From an uncultured Bacteroidota bacterium (GTDB lineage: Bacteria; Bacteroidota; Bacteroidia; AKYH767-A; OLB10), in assembly GCA_900696575.1 (NCBI GenBank), contig CAADHD010000018.1:151106-215105 (forward strand): a stretch of 64,000 bases of DNA, in the 5' to 3' direction. The position numbers and the translations under genes were made by a program. This document shows, one piece after another, positions 10,545 to 20,601 of this stretch (position 1 is its first letter; each line of letters starts with the position of its first letter). The notes under the pieces are model-generated. The model had not been told where the DNA came from. It was given only the letters and a program-made list of their open reading frames with translations, and ran no database searches.

Positions 10545-10757
10545 ATGAAAAAAAACGAACTGAAGAAGCTTTCTGAAAAAATTTCAGGAGTACTGATAAA
10601 GACTTTACCCGAAGAAATGAAAAGTAACGGAGCTAAAACTGAAAAAACCGTTTCCCGTCATCTAAAGCATTTGCTCAGAAAGCTAAACGCTCAAAGCCTG
10701 AAGGAAATAAGAAAGATGGATAAAGCAAAAAGAAAAAAAAAACAACCCCTTCAATAA
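10545..10757 (+). CDS. Small Lys-rich hypothetical protein
   Basis: 70-aa ORF with MKKNELKK start, co-oriented directly upstream of ppk1; A10 tract near the 3' end. Confidence 0.65.
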   Translation: MKKNELKKLSEKISGVLIKTLPEEMKSNGAKTEKTVSRHLKHLLRKLNAQSLKEIRKMDKAKRKKKQPLQ

Positions 10758-10789
10758 AAGCCTCTACCCCGAAAACCAAAGCATAACGT

Positions 10790-12865
10790 ATGTCTAAAGT
10801 TGACAAGCCCTTGCTGATTAACCGCGAACTGAGTTGGCTTTCCTTTAATGCAAGGGTGCTGCAGGAAGCCAATGACCCTTCTGTACCGTTGATTGAACGC
10901 TTACGATTTCTCGGTATTTATTCGAGCAACCGCGATGAGTTTTTCCGGGTGCGCGTTGCAACAGTAAGGCGTATGATTAAGCTGAACCGGAAAACCAAGT
11001 CGGCTATGGATGTAAATCCTGAAGAATTGCTCGAAAAAATAACAGCCAAGGTGCTTGAGCAGCAGGAGATTTTTGAAGAAACTTATCAGAATCTATTGCG
11101 CGAGTTGGAGCTGAACGGCATTTACATGATTGATGAAACCCAAATCTCTGCCGAACAGGGCGAATTTGTTAAACAGTTTTTCCGCGAAAAGGTATTACCA
11201 TCGTTGTTTCCTATCATGCTCGATCAGGTACATCAATTTCCATGGCTGAAAGACAGAGCCATTTACCTTTTTATAAAACTTGAAAAAGCCGATTTCAAAA
11301 CGCGCTATGCATTGGTCGAAGTTCCGACTGATAAGATAAACCGGTTTCTCGTTCTGCCGAAAGAAAATAAATACATTATCCTGTTAGACGACATTATTCG
11401 TTATTGTCTGCATGAGTTATTCTTCAGTTTCTCATTTACGCATGCAAGTGCATACACTATTAAAATGACCCGCGATGCCGAACTGGATATTGAAATGGAT
11501 GTTTCGAAAAGCCTGGTCAAAAAAATTGCCGAAAGCATCAAACGCAGAAAAAAAGGCGACCCGGTACGTCTTGAATTTGACGAAGACATTCCTGCCGACA
11601 TGTTGAAATTCCTTTCGAGGAAACTGAAATTTCTGAAGCAACATCAAATAATACGCGGAGGCCGCTATCATAACTTTGTTGACTTCATCAATTTTCCGCA
11701 GGTAGGTAAAAGCGAACTGCGGTACAGGCATCCAAAACCCTTACAGCATCCGATGCTCTCGGCCAACAAAAGCCTCATCAAAACTTTAAAAAACCGGGAC
11801 ATCCTCCTCTCCTATCCGTATCAGTCATTTCATTACCTCATTGATTTGCTTCGCGAAGCAGCCATTGACCCCAAGGTGGAAAGTATTCAGATTACCTTGT
11901 ACCGTGTTGCAAAAAACTCTGACATTGTAAATGCGCTCATCAGCGCCATTAAAAACGGCAAGCAAATTACAGCCGTTGTAGAACTTCAGGCGCGTTTTGA
12001 CGAAGAAAGAAACATCTACTGGAGCAACCGCCTGCAGGAAGAAGGAGCCAAAGTTATTTATGGTGTGCCGGGGCTGAAGGTTCATACCAAATTAATTCTC
12101 ATCACCCGCTTAGAACACGGGCAGCGCAGGCATTATGCCCATCTCGGTACCGGAAATTTTAACGAAGACACAGCAAAGATTTACTGCGATCACTCTCTTT
12201 TTACTTCTGATAAACGCCTGACCCGCGAAGTAGGCGATCTTTTCAATTTCTACTCCGACAATTACAGAACCGGAAACTATCAGCATTTGCTCACAGCTCC
12301 TTTTACCTTGAGAAAAAAAATTATCAAACTGATTGAACGCGAAATCAAACACAAAAAGCAGGGAAAAGAAAGCTGGATTTTCTGGAAGATGAACAGCCTG
12401 GTTGATGAGGAAATCATCCGGCTCTTGTATGAAGCCAGTAATGCCGGAGTGAAAATCAGGCTTATTATTCGAGGGATTTGTTCTCTGGTGCCGGGGGTAA
12501 CCGGACTAAGCGAAAATATCGAAGCCATCAGCATTGTGGATAAATACCTCGAACATGCCCGCGTACTGGTTTTCTGCAATGACGGCAAACCCGAATTTTT
12601 TATTGCTTCTTCAGACATGATGTCGCGAAACCTTGATTTCCGCAGCGAAGTGGCCGTCCCTGTATATGACAAGCATGTTCAGAAAGAACTGATGGATATT
12701 CTTGAGATTCAATGGCGCGACAATGTTAAAGCGCGCGTACTGAATGCTGAGCAAAATAACATCTATCGCAAAACCGGTGATAAAAAACCGCATCGTGCAC
12801 AGGAAGAAATCTACCTTTATCTGAAAGAAAAATTAGTTTTACAACCTGCTGAACTGTTAGCATGA
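10790..12865 (+). CDS. ppk1: Polyphosphate kinase 1
   Basis: NRELSWLSFNARVLQEA, SNRDEFFRVRV, ELQARFDE, KVHTK, GTGNFN, LEHAR. Confidence 0.98.
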   Translation: MSKVDKPLLINRELSWLSFNARVLQEANDPSVPLIERLRFLGIYSSNRDEFFRVRVATVRRMIKLNRKTKSAMDVNPEELLEKITAKVLEQQEIFEETYQNLLRELELNGIYMIDETQISAEQGEFVKQFFREKVLPSLFPIMLDQVHQFPWLKDRAIYLFIKLEKADFKTRYALVEVPTDKINRFLVLPKENKYIILLDDIIRYCLHELFFSFSFTHASAYTIKMTRDAELDIEMDVSKSLVKKIAESIKRRKKGDPVRLEFDEDIPADMLKFLSRKLKFLKQHQIIRGGRYHNFVDFINFPQVGKSELRYRHPKPLQHPMLSANKSLIKTLKNRDILLSYPYQSFHYLIDLLREAAIDPKVESIQITLYRVAKNSDIVNALISAIKNGKQITAVVELQARFDEERNIYWSNRLQEEGAKVIYGVPGLKVHTKLILITRLEHGQRRHYAHLGTGNFNEDTAKIYCDHSLFTSDKRLTREVGDLFNFYSDNYRTGNYQHLLTAPFTLRKKIIKLIEREIKHKKQGKESWIFWKMNSLVDEEIIRLLYEASNAGVKIRLIIRGICSLVPGVTGLSENIEAISIVDKYLEHARVLVFCNDGKPEFFIASSDMMSRNLDFRSEVAVPVYDKHVQKELMDILEIQWRDNVKARVLNAEQNNIYRKTGDKKPHRAQEEIYLYLKEKLVLQPAELLA

Positions 12866-13761
12866 AATTCGCTTCTATTGATGTAGGCTCCAATGCCGTA
12901 AGATTGCTGCTTTGCCATGTCATTGAACGAAATCACGAGCCGGTTTTTAAAAAGAGCGAACTTATCCGAATGCCGGTAAGACTTGGTGAAGATGCCTTTC
13001 TTAACAAATTTATTTCAAAAGAAAAGGAAGACAAATTGGTTGAGACCATGAAAGCTTTCCGTCATCTTATCAATGTTTTCGGAGTAGTAAGCTACCGCGC
13101 CTGTGCAACCAGCGCCATGCGCGAAGCTGCCAATGGAACTGAAATATGCAGACGCATAAAAGCCGAAGCCGGTATTGACCTTGAAATTATTGATGGGAAA
13201 ACCGAAGCCCGCATCATTTACTCTAATCATATTGCCGAGCATCTGCAGGATGACGAATCCTACCTTTATATTGATGTTGGAGGCGGAAGCACGGAACTCA
13301 CTGTCTTTTCTGACCATCGCATTGCCTGGTCAACTTCTTTCAACATAGGTACACTGCGCCTGCTCAATAACACAGTAAGCAAAGAACAATGGAATGAGTT
13401 TAAAGAAAAAGTGAAAAAAGAAACAGAAAGTTTTCAGCCGCTTACGGCTATCGGCTCCGGTGGAAACATCAATAAAATTTTCAAAATGATTCGTAAAAAA
13501 GATAACAAGCCGGTTTATTACAGCCGCCTTAAAGAGTTTTATGATCATCTGAATTCTTTTACCCTTAATGAGCGAATTACCGTTTTAAATCTTAACCCCG
13601 ACCGTGCCGATGTAATCGTTCCTGCTGCTAAAATTTTTCTTACCGTAATGAAATGCGCCAGAATTGAAAAAATCATCGTCCCCCAAATTGGGCTGGCCGA
13701 TGGGTTAATTCATCTCCTTTACGAAAATTTTAAAACCGAAAGAGCTCTTAAGCTTCAATAA
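12862..13761 (+). CDS. ppx: Exopolyphosphatase (Ppx/GppA family)
   Basis: IDVGSNAVRL, ATSAMREA, DVGGGSTE, DRADVIVPA; overlaps the ppk1 stop. Confidence 0.93.
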   Translation: MKFASIDVGSNAVRLLLCHVIERNHEPVFKKSELIRMPVRLGEDAFLNKFISKEKEDKLVETMKAFRHLINVFGVVSYRACATSAMREAANGTEICRRIKAEAGIDLEIIDGKTEARIIYSNHIAEHLQDDESYLYIDVGGGSTELTVFSDHRIAWSTSFNIGTLRLLNNTVSKEQWNEFKEKVKKETESFQPLTAIGSGGNINKIFKMIRKKDNKPVYYSRLKEFYDHLNSFTLNERITVLNLNPDRADVIVPAAKIFLTVMKCARIEKIIVPQIGLADGLIHLLYENFKTERALKLQ

Positions 13762-13837
13762 GCGTTTCTTTTTTATTTCCCCGGAAACGTCTGCATTCCT
13801 TTGATTTTATCATTTTTGCTATCCAACAGTAATCAAC

Positions 13838-15100
13838 ATGGCAGAAATTATACGCATGCCCAAAATGAGCGACACCATGACCGAAGGTGTTGTAGCCAAA
13901 TGGCATAAAAAAATTGGCGATACCATTAAATCAGGCGAACTGGTTGCTGAAATAGAAACAGACAAAGCCACGATGGAATTTGAATCGTACCAAAACGGCA
14001 CCTTGCTTTACATCGGTGTGCCTGAAGGTAAGGGCGCTCCGGTTGACGCCATTCTTGCTATCATTGGTAAACCCGGTGAAGATTACAGCGCATTGCTTAA
14101 AGAAGAAAAGTCTGAAACAAAGAAAGCGGAAGAAAAAAAGCCCGAACCGGTAAAACCACAATCCCGGAAAATTTCCATACCCGAAACACCCAAACCGGCA
14201 CCTGTGGCAGCCGCTGCATCGGTTGTAACTGAAGAAAACGGAAGGATAAAAGCTTCGCCTCTTGCCAAACGTCTTGCTGCCGAAAAGGGAATTGACCTCA
14301 GCCGCCTTTCCGGAACAGGCGATGCAGGCCGTGTGGTAAAACGCGATATTGAATGGGTTAAGCCGGGAATGATGCCTTCTTACCGAATAGCCTCTGCCGA
14401 AGAGAAAGAAAGTTTTGAAGAAGCTCCTGTTTCGCAAATGCGTAAAACCATTGCACGAAGGTTAAGCGAAAGCAAATTCACGGCTCCGCATTTCTATCTG
14501 ACCATGGAAATTCAGATGGACCGCTGCATGGATGCACGCGAAAGCATCAACCTTGTTTCTCCGGTAAAAATTTCATTCAACGACATCATCATTAAAGCTG
14601 CAGCCGCTGCACTGAAACAACATCCTAAAGTCAACTCATCATGGTTGGGAGATACAATCCGCATCAATCACCATGTGCATATCGGTGTAGCTGTTGCTGT
14701 TGATGAAGGCTTGCTGGTTCCTGTAATCCGTCATGCCAATCACCGTACGCTTTCAGAAATTTCGCAGCAGGTAAAGGAGTTTGCACAAAAAGCTAAAAAC
14801 AAAAAACTTCAGCCTCAGGATTGGGAAGGAAATACATTTACCATTTCCAACCTTGGCATGTTCGGCATTGAAGAATTTACTGCCATTATCAACCCGCCTG
14901 ATGCCTGCATTCTGGCTGTTGGAGGAATTAAACAAACTCCCGTAGTTGTAAACGGAAAGCTCCGCATTGGCAACGTGATGAAAGTAACTCTCAGTTGCGA
15001 CCATCGTGTGGTTGACGGAGTAACCGGATCGCAATTCCTGCAGACTTTTAAAGGCTTACTCGAAAATCCTGTGGTACTGCTGGGAAGAGATTCGATTTAA
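13838..15100 (+). CDS. pdhC: Pyruvate dehydrogenase E2, dihydrolipoamide acetyltransferase
   Basis: Lipoyl ETDKATME, E3-binding KASPLAKRLA, catalytic DHRVVDG. Confidence 0.93.
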   Translation: MAEIIRMPKMSDTMTEGVVAKWHKKIGDTIKSGELVAEIETDKATMEFESYQNGTLLYIGVPEGKGAPVDAILAIIGKPGEDYSALLKEEKSETKKAEEKKPEPVKPQSRKISIPETPKPAPVAAAASVVTEENGRIKASPLAKRLAAEKGIDLSRLSGTGDAGRVVKRDIEWVKPGMMPSYRIASAEEKESFEEAPVSQMRKTIARRLSESKFTAPHFYLTMEIQMDRCMDARESINLVSPVKISFNDIIIKAAAAALKQHPKVNSSWLGDTIRINHHVHIGVAVAVDEGLLVPVIRHANHRTLSEISQQVKEFAQKAKNKKLQPQDWEGNTFTISNLGMFGIEEFTAIINPPDACILAVGGIKQTPVVVNGKLRIGNVMKVTLSCDHRVVDGVTGSQFLQTFKGLLENPVVLLGRDSI

Positions 15101-15110
15101 TCTTTCACTG

Positions 15111-15138
15111 GCGCGCGTTTGTAACGCGTGTTTTTTTT
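15111..15138. terminator. Intrinsic terminator
   Basis: GCGCGCGTT-TGT-AACGCGTG followed by T8. Confidence 0.7.
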
Positions 15139-15196
15139 ACTCATTACTGATGTTGTTTCATCAGGCATCTCAAAGTTCAATGAAGGGTTTAATGCT

Positions 15197-16639
15197 TTAT
15201 AGTTTCACACATACATTTTTTTCTTCCATAAAAAACTTAAGTGCTTCGAAACCGCCTTCGCGGCCAATGCCTGATTGTTTCATGCCTCCGAAGGGAGTAC
15301 GCAAATCGCGGAGCAGCCAGCAGTTAATCCATACTATTCCGCTGTGAAGCGCAGCCGCAATCCGGTGAGCACGTGACAGGTTTTCGGTAAACACTGTGGC
15401 CGATAATCCATACACCACAGAATTGGCATATCGAAGAACTTCTTCTTCGGTTTCGAAAGGGGTAAGCGTAACTACCGGTCCGAAAATTTCTTCCTGATTG
15501 GTGCGGCAGTCATAAGCTAATCCTTCAATAACGGCAGGCTCGATAAAAAATCCATTCTTGTTTTCTCCCTCCAAAAAAATGCGGTTGCCACCGGTCAGAA
15601 TTTTTCCGCCTTCGTCTTTGGCTAATTGTATGTAGGAAAGAATTTTCTGCATGTGTTGTTCTGAAACAATAGCGCCTAATCGGGTTTGTTCATTCAACGG
15701 ATTTCCGGGTTTCAGCTCTTTCACCTTCTGAACAAAGGCTTCGCGGAATTTTGAAAAGAGGCTTTTCTCAATAAAGATACGCGAACCACACAGGCAAATT
15801 TCCCCCTGATTGCTGAAAGCAGCCTGCACTGAAGTTTTAACGGCAAGCTCAAAATTGCAATCGGCAAATATGATGTTGGGATTTTTTCCGCCAAGCTCCA
15901 GCGAAAGTTTTTTAAACATGGGGGCAGCCGTACGTGCAATCCACTCTCCTGTTTTTGTCCCTCCCGTAAAGCTGATGGCCGGTATGTTTTTATGGCTGAT
16001 GATGGCTGCTCCGGCTTTTGTGCCCATACCATGAACAATGTTCAGCACACCGGGAGGCAAGCCTGATTTTATGCACAATTCCGAAAGCAGAAATGCAGTC
16101 ATGGGAGTTACTTCGCTGGGTTTAGCAACAACAGTGCATCCGGCTGCTAATGCAGGAGCTATTTTCCATGAGAATAGATACAAGGGCAGGTTCCATGGCG
16201 AAATACATCCGGCAACACCCATGGGATGGCGTAAGGTATAGTTAACGGCTTCGGTATGGGTTATGTGTGCTTCGCTGCTCAGGTGCATGGCAGCCGTTGC
16301 ATAAAATTCAAAATTGGAAGCAGCGCGCGGGATGTCCACTTTACGCGATAGGGAAATGGGCTTTCCGTTGTCAATGGTTTCCGCTCGGGCAAGGCGTTCA
16401 AGATTTTCGGTAATGAGATTTGAAATTTTAAGAAGAAAGTGTGAACGCTTATTCACCGGCATTTCGCTCCATGATTTAAAAGCCTCCTGTGCGGCTGTTA
16501 CAGCCATCTCAACATCTTTTTCATCAGAATCAGCAATAAGCGAATACGGATTTCCTGTAGCCGGGTTGATATTCTCGAAATAGTTTCCGGAAACAGGCGA
16601 TTTCAGTTCACCATTGATGTAGTTCAGTATTTTTTCCAT
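15197..16639 (-). CDS. Aldehyde dehydrogenase, 2-aminomuconic/2-hydroxymuconic semialdehyde dehydrogenase-like
   Basis: ISPWNLPLYL, LELGGKNP, NQGEICLCGSR, EEIFGPV, WINCWLLRDLRTPFGGMKQSG. Confidence 0.85.
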   Translation of the reverse strand: MEKILNYINGELKSPVSGNYFENINPATGNPYSLIADSDEKDVEMAVTAAQEAFKSWSEMPVNKRSHFLLKISNLITENLERLARAETIDNGKPISLSRKVDIPRAASNFEFYATAAMHLSSEAHITHTEAVNYTLRHPMGVAGCISPWNLPLYLFSWKIAPALAAGCTVVAKPSEVTPMTAFLLSELCIKSGLPPGVLNIVHGMGTKAGAAIISHKNIPAISFTGGTKTGEWIARTAAPMFKKLSLELGGKNPNIIFADCNFELAVKTSVQAAFSNQGEICLCGSRIFIEKSLFSKFREAFVQKVKELKPGNPLNEQTRLGAIVSEQHMQKILSYIQLAKDEGGKILTGGNRIFLEGENKNGFFIEPAVIEGLAYDCRTNQEEIFGPVVTLTPFETEEEVLRYANSVVYGLSATVFTENLSRAHRIAAALHSGIVWINCWLLRDLRTPFGGMKQSGIGREGGFEALKFFMEEKNVCVKL

Positions 16640-16681
16640 GCGTGAAATAAGTTGTCAAAAGTCGGGAGAAAAGCGGGAAAC

Positions 16682-18991
16682 TTATTCCACAACGATTTCA
16701 TCAGCAAACAGCCATGCTTTTTGCCCTTCGCAAACCGAACCGGGCGGACACATTCCTGTATTTTTGGCAAACACTTTCAGGTATCGCATGCTTTGAGCCG
16801 GCAGCATAAATGTGGAGTTGATGATAGAATTGGAAGCATCATCACCAATAACTTCCTGCCGGGCTACGGAGAAGAAATCCATCCCGTCATCCGATGAAAA
16901 AATTTCTATGTATTGAGGCAGGAAAATCCACGAACGGTTTTTATTATAAAAATTTACGGACACTTTTTTTACTTCCGTTATATCCTTCAAATCAAGAATC
17001 ACCTCCATATCTTCCCCTGAAAACCCCACCCAGGTATTGTATTGATTTATTTTCCCGTTAATACCATCGGTAAGTCCGTAATGGGTTCCGCCATCATATT
17101 GTTTCCATGGTGCGGTAAGCGTGTATTCTAAACCGATAGCTGCATGCAGGTTAAAATTTTTGGTGAGTGTTTTTCCTGAGCCATAGTCTGAGATCAGTTT
17201 TGCTTTAATGATATTACTCATGGGCAATGACTCATTGTAAACAGGGCTGCTATCATCCGGTTCGCTGCCATCGGTGGTATAATGAATGCGGCCATTGTCA
17301 ATAAGTTTACTCAACGAAATAAAAAGTTTTCCGGAAGACTCATCGCGAACCACCTTGGAGGAAATGTTTAAAATGTCGGTAGAGAAATTTACCTGTTTCA
17401 GCATAAGTCTTCGTAAGTGATAGAGCAGGCGGTTTGAAAAATGGTTCCAGTTGCGCGATGATTTATCTGACCAAACCACTTCTGATAAAGCACAGGCGCG
17501 CGGGAAAGCCATGAACTCGGCATGGGCAAATGTTTGGATGTATTCTGTCCAGAGATTTGACTGTGCTCCGATAATATGTTGCTGTTGTTGTTCGTTCAGC
17601 GAGTCGAAAGGCACAGGCTCAAAGCCATAGACCTTATCAATGGGCGTATATCCACCGATAGCCACCGGGCTTATTTCAGGTTCGGCCTGATAATGGTCGA
17701 AGTAGCAATGCGAGCCGGGAGTCATAATCACATCGTGGTTCATACGGGCAGCAGCAATACCTCCATCTGTTCCACGCCAGCTCATCACCGTAGCTCCGGG
17801 CGCTAATCCACCTTCTAAAATTTCATCCCAGCCAATGATTTGTTTTCCTTTGGTTTCTAAAAACTTTTCCATGCGTCTGATAAACCAGCTTTGCAGTTCA
17901 TGCTCATCTTTCAATCCTTCGGTGCGGATGCGCGTTTGGCAAAGCGAACATTCTTTCCATCGGTTTTTCGGGCATTCATCACCGCCAATATGAATGTACT
18001 TGCCGGGAAAAAGTTCGCACACTTCTTCCAGCACTTCTTCAAGAAATTTGAATACCGGTTCCTTAGTGCAAAACACATCATCAAACACCCCCCAGGAGGT
18101 AGCAGTTTCGAAAGGGCCGCCTGTGCAGGACAGTTCGGGATAAGCGGCCAGTGCAGCCATGGCATGGCCGGGCATTTCAATTTCGGGAATTACTTCAATG
18201 CAACGCTGCGCTGCATAATGAACCACTTCGCGGATGTCATCCTGCGAATAATATCCGCCATACGGCCGGCCATCCCATTGCTGATCATCGTAATGACCTT
18301 TCATGGTTTCCTTACGCTTAGAACCTATCTCAGTAAGCTTCGGATGACTATTTATTTCAATGCGCCAGCCCTGGTCATCGGTCAAATGCCAGTGAAAGCG
18401 GTTCATCTTATGCATGGCCATCAGGTCAATGTATTTTTTTACATCGCTTACCGGAAAGAAATGACGCGCTACATCTAAGTGCATTCCGCGATAAGGAAAT
18501 CGCGGGAAATCTTCAATATCCATGCAGGGAATTTCGAGAATACTCCATTCGGGAATGTTCTTATCCATAAACTCAACGGGCATCAACTGAAGCAGCGATT
18601 GCAAAGCATAGAAAAAACCGGAAGCATCTTTAGCTTCAATACGGATGAGCTTGGGCTGAATGCTCATGGAGTAAGCCTCATCACGAAAAAAATCTTTTTT
18701 GGTTTTTTCAAAAATCAGATATGGCACAGGCGAAGGCAATGCCTGCGGATTGATTTTTAAGCCGGGCTGAATAATGCAATGGAGTTTTTCAGGAAGCGAT
18801 GCTGTAAAATGATTTAAAGCCGGGAGTACCAAGGTTGAATCGGCATGCTGATATACCACATTCAGTTTTTTATTGATGATGCAGGTACCGCGCTGCAGAA
18901 AAACCGATTGCGGTTTAGGGATGATGTTAACCTGAGCGATAGCAGGAACTGCAGGAAACAGTAATAAAAAAATCCTGAAAAGAATTTTCAT
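16682..18991 (-). CDS. Beta-N-acetylhexosaminidase (GH20) with C-terminal Fn3-associated and F5/8-like domains
   Basis: RGMHLDVARHF, FHWHLTDDQGWR, HIGGDE catalytic motif, YTTDGSEP. Confidence 0.93.
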   Translation of the reverse strand: MKILFRIFLLLFPAVPAIAQVNIIPKPQSVFLQRGTCIINKKLNVVYQHADSTLVLPALNHFTASLPEKLHCIIQPGLKINPQALPSPVPYLIFEKTKKDFFRDEAYSMSIQPKLIRIEAKDASGFFYALQSLLQLMPVEFMDKNIPEWSILEIPCMDIEDFPRFPYRGMHLDVARHFFPVSDVKKYIDLMAMHKMNRFHWHLTDDQGWRIEINSHPKLTEIGSKRKETMKGHYDDQQWDGRPYGGYYSQDDIREVVHYAAQRCIEVIPEIEMPGHAMAALAAYPELSCTGGPFETATSWGVFDDVFCTKEPVFKFLEEVLEEVCELFPGKYIHIGGDECPKNRWKECSLCQTRIRTEGLKDEHELQSWFIRRMEKFLETKGKQIIGWDEILEGGLAPGATVMSWRGTDGGIAAARMNHDVIMTPGSHCYFDHYQAEPEISPVAIGGYTPIDKVYGFEPVPFDSLNEQQQQHIIGAQSNLWTEYIQTFAHAEFMAFPRACALSEVVWSDKSSRNWNHFSNRLLYHLRRLMLKQVNFSTDILNISSKVVRDESSGKLFISLSKLIDNGRIHYTTDGSEPDDSSPVYNESLPMSNIIKAKLISDYGSGKTLTKNFNLHAAIGLEYTLTAPWKQYDGGTHYGLTDGINGKINQYNTWVGFSGEDMEVILDLKDITEVKKVSVNFYNKNRSWIFLPQYIEIFSSDDGMDFFSVARQEVIGDDASNSIINSTFMLPAQSMRYLKVFAKNTGMCPPGSVCEGQKAWLFADEIVVE

Positions 18992-18994
18992 CCG

Positions 18995-19918
18995 TTAGTC
19001 TTTTGAGAAGTAATCAGCGCTTTGATAAACACCGGTCATTTCTTTAACCAGTTGCATGAGCAGGTCATTGGCCAGCGCACTTGCCCCAAAGCGGAAATAA
19101 TCAGGCGAGAGCCAGGCAGCACCAAGGGTTTCTTTCACCATCACTAAGTATTGCAGAGCAAGTTTTGAAGTGGCAATACCTCCGGCAGGTTTCATCCCTG
19201 CCATACGGCCGGTGTTGTAATAATAATCGCGGATGGCTTCGAGCATGACAAGCGTTACAGGCAGTGTAGCAGCAGGCTGAATTTTTCCGGTAGAAGTTTT
19301 AATAAAATCAGCGCCTGCATATAAAGCTAAGTCGCTGGCCAAGCGAACATGATCAAGCGTACTGAGTTCACCGGTTTCGAGAATCACTTTCAGGTGTGCT
19401 TTTCCGCAGGCTTCTTTTACGGCAGTTATTTCATCAAACACATAATCGTATTCGCCCTTCAGGAATTTGCCACGCGAAATGACCATGTCAATTTCATCAG
19501 CGCCTTCCTTTACTGCATATCGGGTTTCTTCAATTTTTATTTTGCGCGTACTCATGCCGCTGGGGAATGCCGTAGCCACGGCTGCCACTTTAATTTTTGT
19601 TCCATGTAAGAATTCTTTGGCTGTGCGCACTAAGTTGGGATAAACACAAACGGCAGCAGCCGAAGGAACATCGGGCAAGGTATCATGCGGACGGATAGCT
19701 TTTGCGCAAAGTTGTTTTACGCGGGCAGGGGTATCGCGGGCATCAAGTGTTGTCAGGTCCATCATGCTGATGGCCATTTTAATGCCGGCTACTTTCGATT
19801 CTTTTTTAATGCTGCGCTTGTTGAGCCTTGCAACGCGCTCTTCTACATTGGTTTGGTCAATAGTAACAGGATCAAACAGTTTCAGGGATTTCTGATTTCT
19901 GAGATTGGAAATGATCAT
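18995..19918 (-). CDS. deoC: Deoxyribose-phosphate aldolase
   Basis: DLTTL, GADEIDMV, LKVILETGEL, FIKTSTGK, KPAGGI, RFGAS. Confidence 0.95.
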   Translation of the reverse strand: MIISNLRNQKSLKLFDPVTIDQTNVEERVARLNKRSIKKESKVAGIKMAISMMDLTTLDARDTPARVKQLCAKAIRPHDTLPDVPSAAAVCVYPNLVRTAKEFLHGTKIKVAAVATAFPSGMSTRKIKIEETRYAVKEGADEIDMVISRGKFLKGEYDYVFDEITAVKEACGKAHLKVILETGELSTLDHVRLASDLALYAGADFIKTSTGKIQPAATLPVTLVMLEAIRDYYYNTGRMAGMKPAGGIATSKLALQYLVMVKETLGAAWLSPDYFRFGASALANDLLMQLVKEMTGVYQSADYFSKD

Positions 19919-20020
19919 AAGTACGAAAGAAGGTCGAAAGTAAGCAAATAATAAAATTCAGGTAGAGAGATAACTTTTGTTCTTTCTGCACAACAATGCA
20001 TTTACTCAATCGAAACAGGT

Positions 20021-20547
20021 ATGACAAAAACAAGATTAGAAGCATTCAGCGATGGTGTACTGGCCATTGTTATCACCATCAAGGTACTTGAAATAAAAGT
20101 ACCACACGATTTTTCCTTTCAGGCATTACTTAAGCTGTGGCCTGTTTTTTAAGTTATGTATTGAGTTTTATTTATCCGGGAATTTATTAAGGGAACCCTC
20201 ATTTATTATTCCGGCTTTCTCTCATCCCTTTCAGTACAGGATGGATGGGCGAAAATCATTTTGAAAACCTTCCTGTAGCACTGTATGCAGTAAACCTGAT
20301 GCTTTGCGCAGTTGCCTATTTCATTCTGCAGAAATGCATCATGGCGCATCACACTTATCCTGAAAACTTAGCTGCGGCAATGAAGAAACAGGAAAAGAAA
20401 GTAATGCTTTCTCTGGTAATGTACATTGCCGCCATTCCGCTTGCATTTGTTCAGGCAGGGATTTCAGAACTGATTTTTATAGCAGTGTCAATTCTGTGGG
20501 TAATACCGGATAGGAATATAGAAAAGGTATTGCATGAACAGCCTTGA
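20021..20547 (+). pseudogene. TMEM175-family potassium channel pseudogene
   Basis: MTKTRLEAFSDGVLAIVITI start; frameshift in a T-run near 20145-20150; in-frame TAA 20188-20190; apparent loss of the WNNHH segment; intact C-terminal half GWMGENHF...WVIPDRNIE. Confidence 0.88.
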
Positions 20548-20601
20548 TGTGATAGACGGAATGATCTTAATCAACCATTCCCTCTGCTTACCTTTGCCGC
20601 A

